A program made the translations under genes and the position numbers. The notes under the pieces are model-generated. The model was not told the DNA's origin, did no database searches, and was given only the letters and a program-made list of their open reading frames with translations. This document shows, piece after piece, positions 62,135 to 64,000 of a stretch of 64,000 bases of DNA (position 1 is the stretch's first letter; each line of letters opens with the position of its first letter). The stretch lies in assembly GCA_002269645.1 (NCBI GenBank), contig NIVC01000532.1, positions 391,319 through 455,318 on the forward strand. Direction: 5' to 3'. Source of the stretch: Macrostomum lignano (taxonomy: Eukaryota).

Positions 62135-62575
62135 CGGGTGTAGAGGCTATAGATATCACATTAGAGGGAATAGAAATGGAAGTAGAGGCTATAGATATCA
62201 CATTAGAGGGAATAGAAATGGAAGTAGAGGCTATAGATATCACATTAGAGGGAATAGAAATGGAAGTAGAGGCTATAGATATCACATTAGAGGGAATAGA
62301 AATGGAAGAAGAGGCTATAGATATTACATTAGAGGGAATAGAAATGGAAGTAGAGGCTATAGATATCACATTAGAGGGAATAGAAATGGAAGTAGAGGCT
62401 ATAGATATCACATTAGAGGGAATAGAAATGGAAGTAGAGGCTATAGATATCACATTAGAGGGAATAGAAATGGAAGTAGAGGCTATAGATATCACATTAG
62501 AGGGAATAGAAATGGAAGTAGAGGCTATAGATATTACATTAGAGGGAATAGAAATGGAAGTAGAGGCTATAGATA
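62135..62575. repeat. 42-bp minisatellite (GTAGAGGCTATAGATATCACATTAGAGGGAATAGAAATGGAA)
   Basis: About 10 copies with a 14-aa period in the ORFs. Confidence 0.94.
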
Positions 62576-63434
62576 CGGCAGTAGAGGGAATAGATACGGC
62601 AGTAGATGTTATAGATACGGGAGAAGAGGCTATAGATACGGAGGGAGTGGGGAATTGGATACGGAGGGACAGAGAGAATAGATACGGAGGGACAGAGGGA
62701 ATAGATACGGAGGGAGTGGGGGAACAGATACGGAGGGACAGAGGGAACAGATACGGTGGGGAGAGAAGGAGATAAGTGAATAGAGAGACAAGATGTGAGA
62801 TAGATACATGTATTATGGAGAGAGGAGTTGGGGCTATAGTGAGAAAGGCACTTGGAGAATTGTATAGCTGTCCAAGTGAAGGCGTGAACCATATTCCGAC
62901 TATGAGACCGCAAGCGGTGCAGATTGCATTGAGCTTGGAGAGAGAAACTCTGATCGTAACTCCAGCAGCGCCCAGATCGAAGGGTCACGCATATTGGAAT
63001 GTCTGACTGACAACTTAACTCTCCTCCTCCTCCTCGCGCGTGTTTGACCAACTAATTATGAAGCCGAGCTGCTGCTACTGCTGGCAGGCAGTTGCACATG
63101 TTATTTGCCAGGCTGGCGAGTGTGGGTACCCTCCATCTTGTTTAATTCGTTAAGCTGCTGAGAAGCTGATAAGCCACGAAAGCCGAAGGGGGGATGCGAA
63201 AGAAGCCTGGATAGCTAGTCTTCAAGTTTTAATAACTCCTTGGAGAGTTGCTTGCTCCAGGAGAATATTTCTCAGGCCTGTGAATGGAAATCCTTCCACA
63301 GTGCCTAGCCAAGCCCCTTAGCGAATGTGTACTGCTGTACCATACAGGAGTTTTGTAGCTGCAGTTTTAGTACTTTGAATTCTTTGGCTAAATGCGCGCC
63401 AATTTTGTGTCAGGGAGTGCCGATTTGGGTTGAG

Positions 63435-63966
63435 TCAGGAAGCGCCATACCGGGCGTCAGGAAGCGCCATATCGGGTGTCAGGAAGCGCCATACCGGGTG
63501 CCAGGGAAGCGCCATACCGGGTGTCAAGAAGCACCATACTGGGTGTCAGGAAGCGACATACTGGGTGTCAGGAAGCGACATACTGGGTGTCAGGAAGTGA
63601 CATACTGGGTGTCAGGAAGCGCCATACTGGGTGTCAGGAAGCGTCATACTGGGTGTCAGGAAGTGCCATACTGGGTGTCAGGAAGCGCCATACCGGGTGT
63701 CAGGAAGTGCCATACTGGGTGTCAGGAAGCGCCATACCGGGTGTCAGGAAGTGCCATACTGGGTGTCAGGAAGCGCCATACTGGGTGTCAGGAAGCGACA
63801 TACTGGGTGTCAGGAAGCGCCATACTGGGTGTCAGGAAGCGACATACCGGGTGTCAGGAAGCGCCATACCGGGTGTCAGGAAGCGCCATACTGGGTGTCA
63901 GGAAGCGACATACCGGGTGTCAGGAAGCGCCAAACTGGGTGTCAGGAAGCGACATACTGGGTGTCA
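63435..63966. repeat. 22-bp minisatellite (GTCAGGAAGCGCCATACTGGGT)
   Basis: About 24 tandem copies. Confidence 0.95.
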
Positions 63967-64000
63967 GGGGCGTCTCAATCTCCGGCATCCCCTCGCCGTC

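Noticed and set aside
61962-62775. (VEAIDITLEGIEME)n and related ORFs
   Set aside because: A 42-bp stop-free unit opens several frames at once. No splice or flanking coding evidence.

Overview
Eukaryotic (animal) genomic DNA. The dense intronic and intergenic minisatellites and the gene style suggest a free-living flatworm such as Macrostomum (inference). Four spliced host genes can be assembled with GT..AG junctions and consistent phase: a TLNRD1/MESDC1-like talin-rod gene (minus, 3 exons, 6170-8243), a Tbx2/3 (omb-type) T-box gene (minus, 5 exons, 20459-30057), prohibitin-2 (minus, 4 exons, 35848-42164) and the 3' two exons of an R3HCC1/R3HCC1L-like gene (plus, 54244-55378). Mobile elements with visible termini and TSDs: a 1.58-kb non-coding LTR element just upstream of TLNRD1; a 1.1-kb foldback element (302-bp TIRs, 8-bp TSD) with a P/THAP9-like ORF; an internally deleted Gypsy and a hAT MITE in PHB2 intron 1; and a 6.76-kb Sola2-like DNA transposon with a disrupted transposase and a nested 9-bp-TSD MITE. 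About 29 distinct tandem arrays (10-57 bp units) cover a large part of the window and explain most long ORFs in the track. No CRISPR, rRNA or tRNA was recognised. Family assignments come from remembered motifs, not from database searches.
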